A stretch of DNA of 64,000 nucleotides. Origin: Armatimonadota bacterium (GTDB taxonomy: Bacteria > Armatimonadota > HRBIN16). Under the pieces are notes generated by a model. It saw only the letters and a list, made by a program, of their open reading frames with translations. It was not told the origin of the DNA and did not search any database. The stretch spans positions 2,400,001 through 2,464,000 of the forward strand of contig OY781964.1 in the NCBI GenBank assembly GCA_963677485.1, written 5' to 3'. A program made the position numbers and the translations under genes. This document shows positions 9,467 through 18,476 of this stretch, piece by piece (within the stretch, counting starts at the first letter, position 1; every line of letters starts with the position of its first letter).

Positions 9467-10288
9467 ATGATCTGCTTAACTGGCGACCTTCATCACCAAT
9501 CGCTCTGCACCGGCAATCAGCAGGCTTGCGACATCACCGAAATAGAGGTCGCTCAGCGGTATAACGCGATGATCGCGGAACTCGGCATTAAGGTCACTTA
9601 CTTCGTTTCCGGCAAGAGCTTTCAGGACCAATGGTCTGAACTTGAGCCGATATGCAAAAGCCACAATGTGGAGATCGGCGGTCATAACTGGGCCTGCTTC
9701 AAGCCTGCCCTGCCGCACCGCATCTGGAAGAAGCTGACCGGCAGCTACAATGGCCCCCTGAAAACCCAGCAAGCCGATGCACAGCGCACGATGGAGATCA
9801 TCAAGCAAAAGACCGGCCGCGATGTGGTCTGCTGGCGTAACCATATGTACATGCATGGCCCCTTCACTGAGCAAGCGCTTTACAATGCGGGCATCAAGGT
9901 GTGCAGCGATGGCGTGAAATCCGCCTCCACGGGTGGGGAATGGCACGAAACCGGACTGTTGAGCCTGCCGCTGAACATCCTGCCGGACCACGAACACCTC
10001 TACCATGCCGAACGAACCCCCGCATGGGTGAAGTGGTGGCAGAAGCGGTACAACTGGAGCGATGACTTCGGCCCTCAGAGCTACTATGTGGAAGAGTGGA
10101 CGGACATCGTGCTGCAGCAGCTTGCCGACCATGAGCGCAAGGGGACCATGAGCACCTTGATAATCCATCCCATCACCCTATACCTGTGCGATGGCTTCCG
10201 CAGCTTCCAGAGGATTTTGAGTTATCTGGCGGATCATGAGACCGTCTGGATGAGCGAAGTTTACCAGAAAGCGTTGGTGAAGCCATGA
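9467..10288 (+). CDS. Polysaccharide deacetylase (CE4/NodB-like)
   Basis: CLTGDLHH, KVTYFVSG, VEIGGHNW, TLIIHP motifs; GGAGG RBS before ATG 9467. Confidence 0.75.
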   Translation: MICLTGDLHHQSLCTGNQQACDITEIEVAQRYNAMIAELGIKVTYFVSGKSFQDQWSELEPICKSHNVEIGGHNWACFKPALPHRIWKKLTGSYNGPLKTQQADAQRTMEIIKQKTGRDVVCWRNHMYMHGPFTEQALYNAGIKVCSDGVKSASTGGEWHETGLLSLPLNILPDHEHLYHAERTPAWVKWWQKRYNWSDDFGPQSYYVEEWTDIVLQQLADHERKGTMSTLIIHPITLYLCDGFRSFQRILSYLADHETVWMSEVYQKALVKP

Positions 10289-11178
10289 GCGCGCGGGTGA
10301 GTATTATCATGCGCAGCAAGAACAGCGCGTGGGTCATTGACCAGGCATTGAAGGCACTCTATAGTCAGGAATACCGCGATTTTGAGCTGTATGTGGTGGA
10401 CAGTGGCTCCACTGACAATACGCTGGAGATGGTCAAAGCCTACCCATGCCATCTGCGCAGCATCGAGGCGAAGAGCTACTATCCTGGCGCGGTGTTGAAT
10501 GAGGCGATTGAGCTCACTCCGGGAGAGCTAGTGGTGTTTGTGAACTCCGATGCAGTGCTGCTCAGCCCGAAGAGTCTCACGCGGCTGGTGGCGGCGTTTA
10601 ATGATCCTGCCGTGATGGCGGCGTTTGGTCGGCAGCTCTACCGTCCAGAGGCTGACGGTTGGGTGAAGCGCGACTACGTGGCCAGTTTCCCGGAGGAGGG
10701 TGAAGCCCCGCCTTGGATGAAGATGAGTCTACCCTTCGCGGCCATGCGCCGCAGCGCCTGGGATAAATTGAAGTTCTACACCGATGCCTGGGGCAGCGAA
10801 GATACCGACTGGGGCAACAAAGCGCGCGAAAACGGTTGGAAAGTGGCTTATGTGTCCGATGCGATTTTGATGCACAGTCACAACTACACGCTGAAGCAGT
10901 TATACGGCCGCCGGTTTATTGAGGGCGAGGCCGACGCTTTTATTTATCGTGATAGTGACAACCTGCCCAAAATGCTCAAGCGGGTGATTAGCTCATGTCT
11001 TCGCGACGGCTGGCACCATCTGCGGACGTGTGATGTGGGCGGTATGATGGCCATCGTGCCCCGTCGCAGCGTCTACCAGTGGGCCTATTACAAGGGGCAT
11101 CGACTGGGTGAAACCCGCATCCGCGAGAACGACACCGACACCAGCAAAGGCCAGGGCGTGGTCCTCGACCGGCAGTAG
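10285..11178 (+). CDS. Family 2 glycosyltransferase (rhamnosyltransferase-like)
   Basis: VVDSGSTDNT, FVNSDA, AFGRQL.R, SEDTDW, HSHNYTL motifs; overlaps the deacetylase stop (ATGA). Confidence 0.9.
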   Translation: MSARVSIIMRSKNSAWVIDQALKALYSQEYRDFELYVVDSGSTDNTLEMVKAYPCHLRSIEAKSYYPGAVLNEAIELTPGELVVFVNSDAVLLSPKSLTRLVAAFNDPAVMAAFGRQLYRPEADGWVKRDYVASFPEEGEAPPWMKMSLPFAAMRRSAWDKLKFYTDAWGSEDTDWGNKARENGWKVAYVSDAILMHSHNYTLKQLYGRRFIEGEADAFIYRDSDNLPKMLKRVISSCLRDGWHHLRTCDVGGMMAIVPRRSVYQWAYYKGHRLGETRIRENDTDTSKGQGVVLDRQ

Positions 11179-11196
11179 CGGCGATTCTGTTGTGAT

Positions 11197-11327
11197 CCTG
11201 GGAACGCCAATCTCCCGATTGGCCTCCCGCCTGGTGAAGGTAAGCCTCCCATCGGTCAGATCGGTCGAATCCGTCCGATGGGGCATACCTCATACAGCGC
11301 ATATGGGACCAAGACCGGCGCGGTTAG
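11197..11327 (+). repeat. Left part of a composite REP module (Family C, 9-mer IR, start of Family B) interrupted by the IS
   Basis: CCTGGGAACGCCAATCTCCCGATTGGC; CATCGGTCAGATCGGTCGAATCCGTCCGATG; CAAGACCGGCGCGGTTAG; colinear with the intact copy at 16241-16600. Confidence 0.85.
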
Positions 11328-12981
11328 TATCTTACCAACCATATTTTGAACACGGTGTATAGAATATTCTGATATTACGCACCACACAAAGCGTTAGGCA
11401 CAACGATCTGGCGAATAGCAAGTGCTGCCATGATGATACGCTTGCCAAGTGCAGTGAGGTAGTATTTGTAGCGTTTACCGCATTTTTTAACGAGCCGGAA
11501 TACTCGGCATCGCTTGATGAAGTATGATATCTGAGAGCTGGACATCTGCGGTAAGGCTTTTTGAAGCATACGGTTTGTGATCCCGCTGATGCATCCCTCT
11601 CCGCGAGCAAGTGCAATGAGACATTCCAAATCCTTCTTGAGGAAAAGGTTGAATCCTCGATACGAGCGATGATCACGGGTGGTCGAGGTCGCGATTTTGA
11701 TGATCTGATGTTCACCATCGCTGTTGTCATCAAGGGCGGAAAGAAAGTCAAGATATCTGTTGTTTGCAGATAATAACAGTTCCCTCAATGGAGGAAGGCT
11801 GTAGATGGTCTTTTGCATAGGGGCGTATTTAATCTCAGTCGTCCCATCATGATGTTCTACCTCACGGTAGTGTTTAAATTCAGAGACGTCATTCACAGTC
11901 GTCTCGATACGCAAGATTATCCCTTGCTTGTCATACATTTTGATAGAAGCCCATCCCATGTAGTGTTTGATGCGCGTGCCTTGTATGCGGCGATCGAACT
12001 TGTAGTCAGTGCCGATCTCAGCGAGTGTTCGCCCATCAAGTTTCTTACCAAGAAACATCGCGATAGACTCTGGCGTTACCGTATGTATCGCTGTTTTGAC
12101 TAGATTATCGTAGATGGCTTTGAGGTCTTCGGCGCGTTTGAACACGATGTCTGTAGCATATTCCACCTGCATTAGCGACCAATGATATGAATTGTCAGCA
12201 AGCCGTATCACGGGGCAATACATTCTGGCAAATGCATCCAGCGCATGGTGCAGCTTATCAGCAGGAAAAGCGTCTGCCAGCCTCTGAGCACAGCTAAAGT
12301 CGTCGATTTTTACAAAGGCGTTGTCCAGTGGAGTGAAAACTACTCCCTCGGATTGAAGGCAATGCGCGAGATAATTGTGTCCATTACAATAGAATTGCAG
12401 ACGGAAGGGCACCCAGGTCGGAACTCGTAGATAGCACAGTCCAAACTCTGCATCGATGAAATAGAAGTAGTAATGAAGACACTTGGTCTCCTTGATATTC
12501 AGCCGGGTTTTGTGGGTAATCTTGTCGTGCCACGGGGTGTATGCAGGACATTTTTCCAACACTGAGAATATGTGGACGAGACCGGGGTGACACCCTCGAC
12601 TACTAATGATCTCTTTGATGCGGTCTTCTTTTCGAAATGAAGAGGCACGGCGTATATACTCAATTTCAATGCTGTTGGTAACGGCAAGGCGTTCCGCATT
12701 GGCTTTGATCTCATCTCGTAGAGGTTCGGCAAATTCCTTAGGAAAGTCAAATAGCCTGATGTTGCGTTGATGAAGATAGATGCCCATTCCGTCGCTATGA
12801 CACCAGCCTGGGATTGTACCGGTGATAACTATGCGGTCGAAGCATGAATATACCCCAGCTATCTGCTTTGCATAGCGTTCTTGAAGTGATGTCATTCTGG
12901 GCAACCTCACGAAAGGGTGTTTGAATGTATATTACGTGGCGAATGCAATCATTCCTTTTTTGGTTGCGGCTAAGCCGCCTT
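11326..12981 (-). mobile_element. Insertion element copy 1 (1656 bp), no TIRs, CTAA at both ends, Rep_trans-like putative transposase
   Basis: Same sequence as 50108-51763 (offset 38782); TTAG at 11324-11327 and 12980-12983; interrupts a repeat whose intact alleles carry a single TTAG (13183, 16371, 16576); the exact border within the CTAA is inferred. Confidence 0.93.
11375..12910 (-). CDS. Putative transposase with a Rep_trans/MOB_T-like catalytic core and C-terminal winged HTH (true start may be ATG 12895)
   Basis: Only long ORF in the duplicated element; motifs SCFDRIVITG (22-31), QVEYATD (248-254), IKMYDK (Y326), LRIE (333-336); wHTH-like ITNRMLQ...ISYFIKR.R..RLVKK...YYLT.LG; no DDE or HUH motif recognised. 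Confidence 0.75.
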   Translation of the reverse strand: MRLPRMTSLQERYAKQIAGVYSCFDRIVITGTIPGWCHSDGMGIYLHQRNIRLFDFPKEFAEPLRDEIKANAERLAVTNSIEIEYIRRASSFRKEDRIKEIISSRGCHPGLVHIFSVLEKCPAYTPWHDKITHKTRLNIKETKCLHYYFYFIDAEFGLCYLRVPTWVPFRLQFYCNGHNYLAHCLQSEGVVFTPLDNAFVKIDDFSCAQRLADAFPADKLHHALDAFARMYCPVIRLADNSYHWSLMQVEYATDIVFKRAEDLKAIYDNLVKTAIHTVTPESIAMFLGKKLDGRTLAEIGTDYKFDRRIQGTRIKHYMGWASIKMYDKQGIILRIETTVNDVSEFKHYREVEHHDGTTEIKYAPMQKTIYSLPPLRELLLSANNRYLDFLSALDDNSDGEHQIIKIATSTTRDHRSYRGFNLFLKKDLECLIALARGEGCISGITNRMLQKALPQMSSSQISYFIKRCRVFRLVKKCGKRYKYYLTALGKRIIMAALAIRQIVVPNALCGA

Positions 12982-12983
12982 AG

Positions 12984-13315
12984 GTAAAACCGCCCCGGAC
13001 TTCGGCAATCAAGACCGCGCTCGTATGGCGGATACCCCCTGGGAACGCAGGTCTCCCAAAGCTCATAATGACTATGTCCGGGGCGGTCTTTCGGTACACT
13101 TGCGTTTGCTGTGCAGATATCGACCGCGCCGGTCTGGCGGTTAGCCCGAAAGCTCTTGACCCGAGGACCAAGACCGGCGCGGTTAGGGGAAACCCGCCCC
13201 GGACTTCGGCGACTATTATCTACCAAAGCTCACAATGCCTATGTCCGGAGCGGTCTTTCGGTACGCTTGCGTTTGCTGTGCAGATATCGACCGCGCCGGT
13301 CTGGCGGTTAGCCCT
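12984..13315 (+). repeat. Right part of the composite Family B REP module (about 1.5 units)
   Basis: ACCGCCCCGGAC / GTCCGGGGCGGT and GACCGCGCCGGTCT / AGACCGGCGCGGT palindromes; near-identical to 16375-16600. Confidence 0.85.
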
Positions 13316-13327
13316 AAAACTCCTTGC

Positions 13328-14662
13328 CTAACTCACTCCACGCGGTCTTCGTGAGACGATGGCGAGAAACCCTCCGCTGGCCAGTGTCAGCAGAAGCAGC
13401 ACCGCCCACACATCCGAACCGCCCTTCGCAGCTGATGTGATGATCGTGATCAGCAGGTTGGTGTTGGCCGAATGAGCACTCGGAATCGGCAGCCACAACA
13501 GGGTCACCACGATGGCTAGGAACAACCCGGGGTTGACTCGCCATTGCAGTTTTAAGGCCTGGTAGAGCATCGAAAGCGCAGCCGTCAGCAGCGACACCGA
13601 CAACGGTACGAACAGCAGTATTGCTTCCACGCGGCTGCAGAACCCGCCCAGCACACGGGCTGGCAGAGCCATCAACTGCCAAAGAATGACGTGCAACATC
13701 ACCCACGACAGTAGGTGCAGCATGCTTCGCCGCGCATTCCCTGCTTGTAGCCACTGCCCGCGGCTGATACGCGAGAACACACCATAATACAGGCACAAGA
13801 AGAAGAGCGAAATTTGCGGCAGGGGTATAGCTGGCCTGAGGCTGTCGCACCAGTTCCCACTGCAGGGGTATTCCATTTGAAAATGAAACATTACCATGGC
13901 AGTGGGTATCAATAAAAACAACCCATAAAGACTTCCCACCCGCAAACCGGCTGAGGGTGTGACCACGACTTTTGCCCAGCGCTCCTCACTCACATATGAA
14001 AAGCCCAGACAAATAAAGATCGTGGCCAGCATCGAAGGCAGCAAATATGATGGGAAGCGGTAATCAAAGCGGTGTAATGATTGAGTATTGGCAGTCAACA
14101 CAGTCACAATATCGGGCACTTCATACCCAAGTGTTGGCTTACCAACAAGTAAGCCACTGCCGCGTAGACACAACCAGTAGGTCACAGCCATGCCCAGCAC
14201 GGCAGATATCGCCTGAAGCGGCTTGCCGCGGTTGAGCCTGCCGGCAAACTGCCCAATCGCTGAATAGCACAACCAAAACATTAGTATCCGAAGCACGTAG
14301 CCTGTGTCTGGTGCCGACATCTTAAAAAACGTCACCCCGACCACTTCGGTCACCATCATCAGTACGAGGCCAATGGAACTGGGCAGAATCCAGTATGCCA
14401 GCACTCGAAATAATGGCTTATTGGACACCGCATCGGCATCCGCACTGCGATTTGCGTTCACCGCCGCGGTGAACATCGCACTGCCGATGATCAGCACGAC
14501 GTGCATGATGCTCTGCAGCCTGAGCGATTGCTGAGCATTGTGAGCGTAAAAGCGGTACACCACGGCGGTTACCACTCCAGTCAGCACCATCGTCAGAACG
14601 AACGGGAATGGTGCAGGTATCATACGTTGGGGTTTGAGGGGTATCTGCTCCATTGCTTTCAT
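13328..14662 (-). CDS. Polytopic membrane protein of unknown function, paralog 1
   Basis: About 11-12 hydrophobic segments; shares LKPQ, IGQ.AGR.N.GKP, EYPC.G.W and LTLASGG.L.IVSRR.RGVS with 14675-16030. Confidence 0.75.
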   Translation of the reverse strand: MKAMEQIPLKPQRMIPAPFPFVLTMVLTGVVTAVVYRFYAHNAQQSLRLQSIMHVVLIIGSAMFTAAVNANRSADADAVSNKPLFRVLAYWILPSSIGLVLMMVTEVVGVTFFKMSAPDTGYVLRILMFWLCYSAIGQFAGRLNRGKPLQAISAVLGMAVTYWLCLRGSGLLVGKPTLGYEVPDIVTVLTANTQSLHRFDYRFPSYLLPSMLATIFICLGFSYVSEERWAKVVVTPSAGLRVGSLYGLFLLIPTAMVMFHFQMEYPCSGNWCDSLRPAIPLPQISLFFLCLYYGVFSRISRGQWLQAGNARRSMLHLLSWVMLHVILWQLMALPARVLGGFCSRVEAILLFVPLSVSLLTAALSMLYQALKLQWRVNPGLFLAIVVTLLWLPIPSAHSANTNLLITIITSAAKGGSDVWAVLLLLTLASGGFLAIVSRRPRGVS

Positions 14663-14674
14663 TTCTCTCCTTGT

Positions 14675-16030
14675 CTAGCTCACTCCACGCAGTCTTCGTG
14701 AGACGATGGTGAGGTAACCACCGCTGGCCAGGGTCAGCAAAAACAACACCGCAAGGCATATCCACACACCGGAGCCGCTCCGTTGGCTGGCTGTGAGTAT
14801 CACATCAAGCAGATTGCGTAATGGCCATCTTGCAGAATCACCAGCCGGAATCATAGGAAGGCATAATACGATACTTGCGACCGCGAATACACTCCACGGA
14901 TTGGCACAGCAGCTAAGCCTCAAGCCCTGACATAACAGGCTGACGGCGGTGACGATCAACATGACGGAAAGGGGCATCAGCAGCACCATCTGGGTGACTA
15001 GCTCGCACCCCTTTGAAGACAGCACGGCGGGAAGCAACAGCATCAGCCAGATGGCTCCATGGAGGACACCCCAGACGAGGAGGTACCGCAGCCTGATGCA
15101 ACCGCTATTCACTGAGTTTTGCCACATTTCACGTGATGAGGTGACCGACACGCCGTATACTAGTCCAGCGAAAACAAGGGGTATTTGGGTAGATATAAAT
15201 TGACGCCGCAGCTCTTCACCCCATTCGCCTCCACACGGATATTCGTTCAGGTGCATATAGTAAAACAGCATGTTGATAGCAGTTAACAATCCCGTGAAAA
15301 CTGCAGTGAGAACCAATCCAGACACGGGACTGATAACGGCACGAGCCCGGGCCACGAAACTTCGGTACGAAAACCACAGAAAAGCCAACGGGCTGATTAT
15401 CAGCATCACGACATTCTGTATCTGCATCTGCCCAGAATCTGGAATGAGTAATTCTTTTTTTGATGTCAACATGCTCACCATGTCAGGGACCAGAATAAAA
15501 GTGCTGGCCTCGGAGGACCACAATCTGGCAAGCGCGATGCTTAACCAAAGCGCAACACCAATCGCTATCACGGCAATCATCGCATGTTGTGGCTTCCCTT
15601 GGTTCATTCGACCCGCCAGTTGGCCTATGGCCGTCCATATCAACCAGAAGAGCAGTAGAGCTTGAAGGAAACCCATGTCGGGCATAGTAGATTGGGGAAT
15701 CATCAGCAGGCAGCCAACACATATGACCATCATAGCCAAACCCACGATACCAGGTACCAGCCAGTATCGGAATGTTTTAATGAGTGGCCATCCGGAGAGG
15801 TTGTCCGAGCTGAACGAACTCTCTGCGTTTACCACCGCTGTCCGAAGCGCACTAAACATGATCAGCACGACGCTTAACAATACCAACCACTGTTCTTGTT
15901 GGTCATGGGTGGTTCCGAAGAGTCGAAACACCACGATGGATACCACTCCAGCCAACGCCATCAGTAGTATGAACTGCAGCAGTGTGCGTATGATACTCTG
16001 GGGTTTCAGGGAGATTTCTTGTGCGTTCAT
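14675..16030 (-). CDS. Polytopic membrane protein of unknown function, paralog 2
   Basis: Same motifs as paralog 1; AGGAGA RBS. Confidence 0.75.
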   Translation of the reverse strand: MNAQEISLKPQSIIRTLLQFILLMALAGVVSIVVFRLFGTTHDQQEQWLVLLSVVLIMFSALRTAVVNAESSFSSDNLSGWPLIKTFRYWLVPGIVGLAMMVICVGCLLMIPQSTMPDMGFLQALLLFWLIWTAIGQLAGRMNQGKPQHAMIAVIAIGVALWLSIALARLWSSEASTFILVPDMVSMLTSKKELLIPDSGQMQIQNVVMLIISPLAFLWFSYRSFVARARAVISPVSGLVLTAVFTGLLTAINMLFYYMHLNEYPCGGEWGEELRRQFISTQIPLVFAGLVYGVSVTSSREMWQNSVNSGCIRLRYLLVWGVLHGAIWLMLLLPAVLSSKGCELVTQMVLLMPLSVMLIVTAVSLLCQGLRLSCCANPWSVFAVASIVLCLPMIPAGDSARWPLRNLLDVILTASQRSGSGVWICLAVLFLLTLASGGYLTIVSRRLRGVS

Positions 16031-16042
16031 GGTTCTCCTTTT

Positions 16043-16133
16043 CTAGCGCAATCGGCGCAGCTTACGAGAGACGATGCTCAGGTAACCGTCAATGTCACAG
16101 GTTCAAACAACAACCTCGCCATTTCATGCCATC
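16043..16133 (-). pseudogene. Remnant 3' end of a third membrane-protein paralog
   Basis: Minus strand reads ...DGYLSIVSRKLRRLR* (compare GGYLTIVSRRLRGVS*); an AGGAGG-ATG just upstream stops immediately. Confidence 0.55.
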
Positions 16134-16240
16134 GCCTCCTGCGCATCGGTGCCTCGAAACTGGTTCTGTATCAGTTGACGTTATTATACCCCTGAATGTT
16201 ACGCCCGTGGTAACCGTTGACCGTGTAAGTCTGGCGGATA

Positions 16241-16632
16241 CCCCCTGGGAACGCCAATCTCCCGATTGGCCTCTCGTCGGGTTATGTTGGACAACCCATC
16301 GGTCGGATCCGTCGAATCCGTCCGATGGGGCGAACCTTATGCAGCCTATAAGAGATCAAGACCGGCGCGGTTAGGGAAAACCGCCCCGGACTCAGGCAAT
16401 GAAGACCGGCGCTGGTGTGGCGGATACCCCCTGGGAACGCAGGTCTTCCAAAGCTCACAATGCCTATGTCCGGGGCGGTCTTTCGGTGCGCTTGCGTTTG
16501 CTGTGCAGATATCGACCGCGCCGGTCTGGCGGTTAGCCCCAAAACCTCTTGTCCCAAGGATCAAGACCGGCGCGGTTAGGGAAAACCGCCCCGGACTATG
16601 GCAATCAAAACCGGGCCGAACTGGCGGTTACC
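16241..16632 (+). repeat. Intact composite REP module (Family C, 9-mer IR, Family B); empty-site homolog of the IS-interrupted module
   Basis: Colinear with 11197-11327 joined to 12984-13205. Confidence 0.87.
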
Positions 16633-16785
16633 CCTTCAACTCAACTCCAACCTAAGCGACGTCAGATGAGGTGGAGGAGTAGCACAGTTTGGGTCATTCA
16701 ATGCTTAAGTTTGCCCGTATCTACCGCTCGGTGTTAAAATGGTGTATTGAGTACAAGTACGAGACAATTCACCGGAGGAAGGCTC

Positions 16786-18408
16786 ATGGCCAAATATATA
16801 TTCGTAACGGGCGGCGTCGTGTCGTCTATCGGTAAAGGCATTGCGGCGGCCAGTTTAGGACGTTTACTGCGCTGTCGGGGTCTTAAGGTAGCACCCATCA
16901 AGTTCGACCCCTACGTCAATGTAGATGCTGGCACTATGAACCCCTATCAGCATGGTGAGGTGTTCGTGACCGACGACGGTGCAGAGACTGACCTGGACCT
17001 TGGCCACTACGAGCGATTCGTAGATGTGAACATGACCAAGCACAGCAATGTGACCACAGGCAAGGTCTACGGCACAGTGATCGAAAAAGAACGCCGTGGT
17101 GAATATCTGGGCGGCACCGTGCAGGTCATCCCCCATATCACCAACGAGATACAAGAACGCATCGAACTCGTGGCCAAACAGAGTCAAGCCGATGTGATCA
17201 TATCCGAGATCGGCGGCACGATTGGTGACATCGAGAGCCTGCCCTTCCTGGAGGCGATACGCCAGTTCAAGAAGCGCGTTGGCCATGACAATGTGATGTA
17301 TATCCATGTCACGCTGGTGCCTTCCGTGGGCCCTTGGAACGAAGTGAAGACCAAGCCTACCCAGCACAGCGTCCACAAGATGCGCGAAATTGGTATCCAG
17401 CCCGATGTGCTCATCTGCCGCAGCAAGGTGCCCCTCAGTGACGATGTGAAAGAGAAGATCGCGCTGTTCTGCGATGTAGATACCTCCGCGGTCATCGAGT
17501 GCCTGGACGCGGCGACAATCTACGAAGTGCCGCTGCTTCTGGAAGAGGCCGGTCTATGCAAGATGGCCATGAAACGGCTGTGCATGGAGCAGATAGAGCC
17601 TGATCTGAGCGAATGGCAGGCATTGGTTGACATCATCAAACGCCCCAAATACCGCATGAATGTGGCTGTTGTTGGGAAATACGTGGACAACGGTGACGCC
17701 TACATCTCCATCGGAGAAGCGCTGAAACATGCCGGTATCGCCCGTAACGCCCGCGTGAATGTGGAGTGGATCGACAGCGAAGAGCTGGAAAGCAAGGATA
17801 TCGCTGAAGCACTCAAAGAGTATGACGCGGTGGTGTGTGCAGGCGGATTTGGCGCACGCGGACTGGAAGGCAAGATCGGGGCGATCCAATACGCACGCGA
17901 AAACGGCGTGCCGTTCCTTGGATTGTGCCTGGGACTTCAGATGGCGATTATCGAATTTGCCCGCAATGCATGTTCGTTGACTGGGGCCAACACCGAAGAG
18001 GTGGATGAAGAGTGCGCACATCCTGTGATTCACTTGCTGCCTGAACAGAAGGGTGTCACGGATAAGGGAGCCACTATGCGCCTGGGGGCATGGCCCTGCA
18101 GGCTAGTGCCAAAAACCAAAGCCGCGAAACTGTATAAAGACAGCATCATTTACGAACGGCATCGCCATCGCTACGAAGTAAACAACGAGTATCGCGACCG
18201 TCTGTCTGCCGCGGGCATGATCTTCTCAGGCCTCTCCCCAGACTCACGACTGGTGGAGATCATCGAGCTGGAGAACCATCCCTTCTTCATGGCCACGCAG
18301 TTCCATCCAGAGTTCAAGAGTCGGCCCAACCGGCAGCACCCGCTGTTTATCGGACTGATTCAAGCGGCACTAGAAAAATGCCATCATCGTAAGTGGGATA
18401 AAGATTAA
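16786..18408 (+). CDS. pyrG: CTP synthase
   Basis: [70 protein letters not shown]. Confidence 0.98.
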   Translation: MAKYIFVTGGVVSSIGKGIAAASLGRLLRCRGLKVAPIKFDPYVNVDAGTMNPYQHGEVFVTDDGAETDLDLGHYERFVDVNMTKHSNVTTGKVYGTVIEKERRGEYLGGTVQVIPHITNEIQERIELVAKQSQADVIISEIGGTIGDIESLPFLEAIRQFKKRVGHDNVMYIHVTLVPSVGPWNEVKTKPTQHSVHKMREIGIQPDVLICRSKVPLSDDVKEKIALFCDVDTSAVIECLDAATIYEVPLLLEEAGLCKMAMKRLCMEQIEPDLSEWQALVDIIKRPKYRMNVAVVGKYVDNGDAYISIGEALKHAGIARNARVNVEWIDSEELESKDIAEALKEYDAVVCAGGFGARGLEGKIGAIQYARENGVPFLGLCLGLQMAIIEFARNACSLTGANTEEVDEECAHPVIHLLPEQKGVTDKGATMRLGAWPCRLVPKTKAAKLYKDSIIYERHRHRYEVNNEYRDRLSAAGMIFSGLSPDSRLVEIIELENHPFFMATQFHPEFKSRPNRQHPLFIGLIQAALEKCHHRKWDKD

Positions 18409-18476
18409 CTCTTTCATCGCCGCGATATCTCGTGGAACCATTATGGGGGACAAGCTGACCTTGCCCCCCGTTTGGT

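Noticed and set aside
11375-12910. Calling the 511-aa protein a MarR-type transcriptional regulator
   Set aside because: The wHTH covers only the last about 70 aa, and the gene is the sole cargo of a precisely bounded duplicated element.
11326-12981. IS110 bridge-RNA or IS605/TnpB-type RNA-guided element
   Set aside because: The non-coding ends are only about 50 and 70-85 bp, and I see no DEDD/RuvC, HUH or TnpB zinc-finger motifs.
12984-13315. Possible CRISPR array in the repeat clusters (also 16.3, 36.7, 43.8 and 51.8 kb)
   Set aside because: The repeats are inverted or mosaic, the intervening sequences are themselves repeated, spacing is irregular, and no cas genes are present.
12795-13331. 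ORFs within repeat regions (also 16266-16655, 32835-33108, 51707-52097, 59780-60328)
   Set aside because: They are translations of palindromic repeats (recurring RPARL, GNANLPIG, IRVIR peptides) with no RBS or protein-family features.
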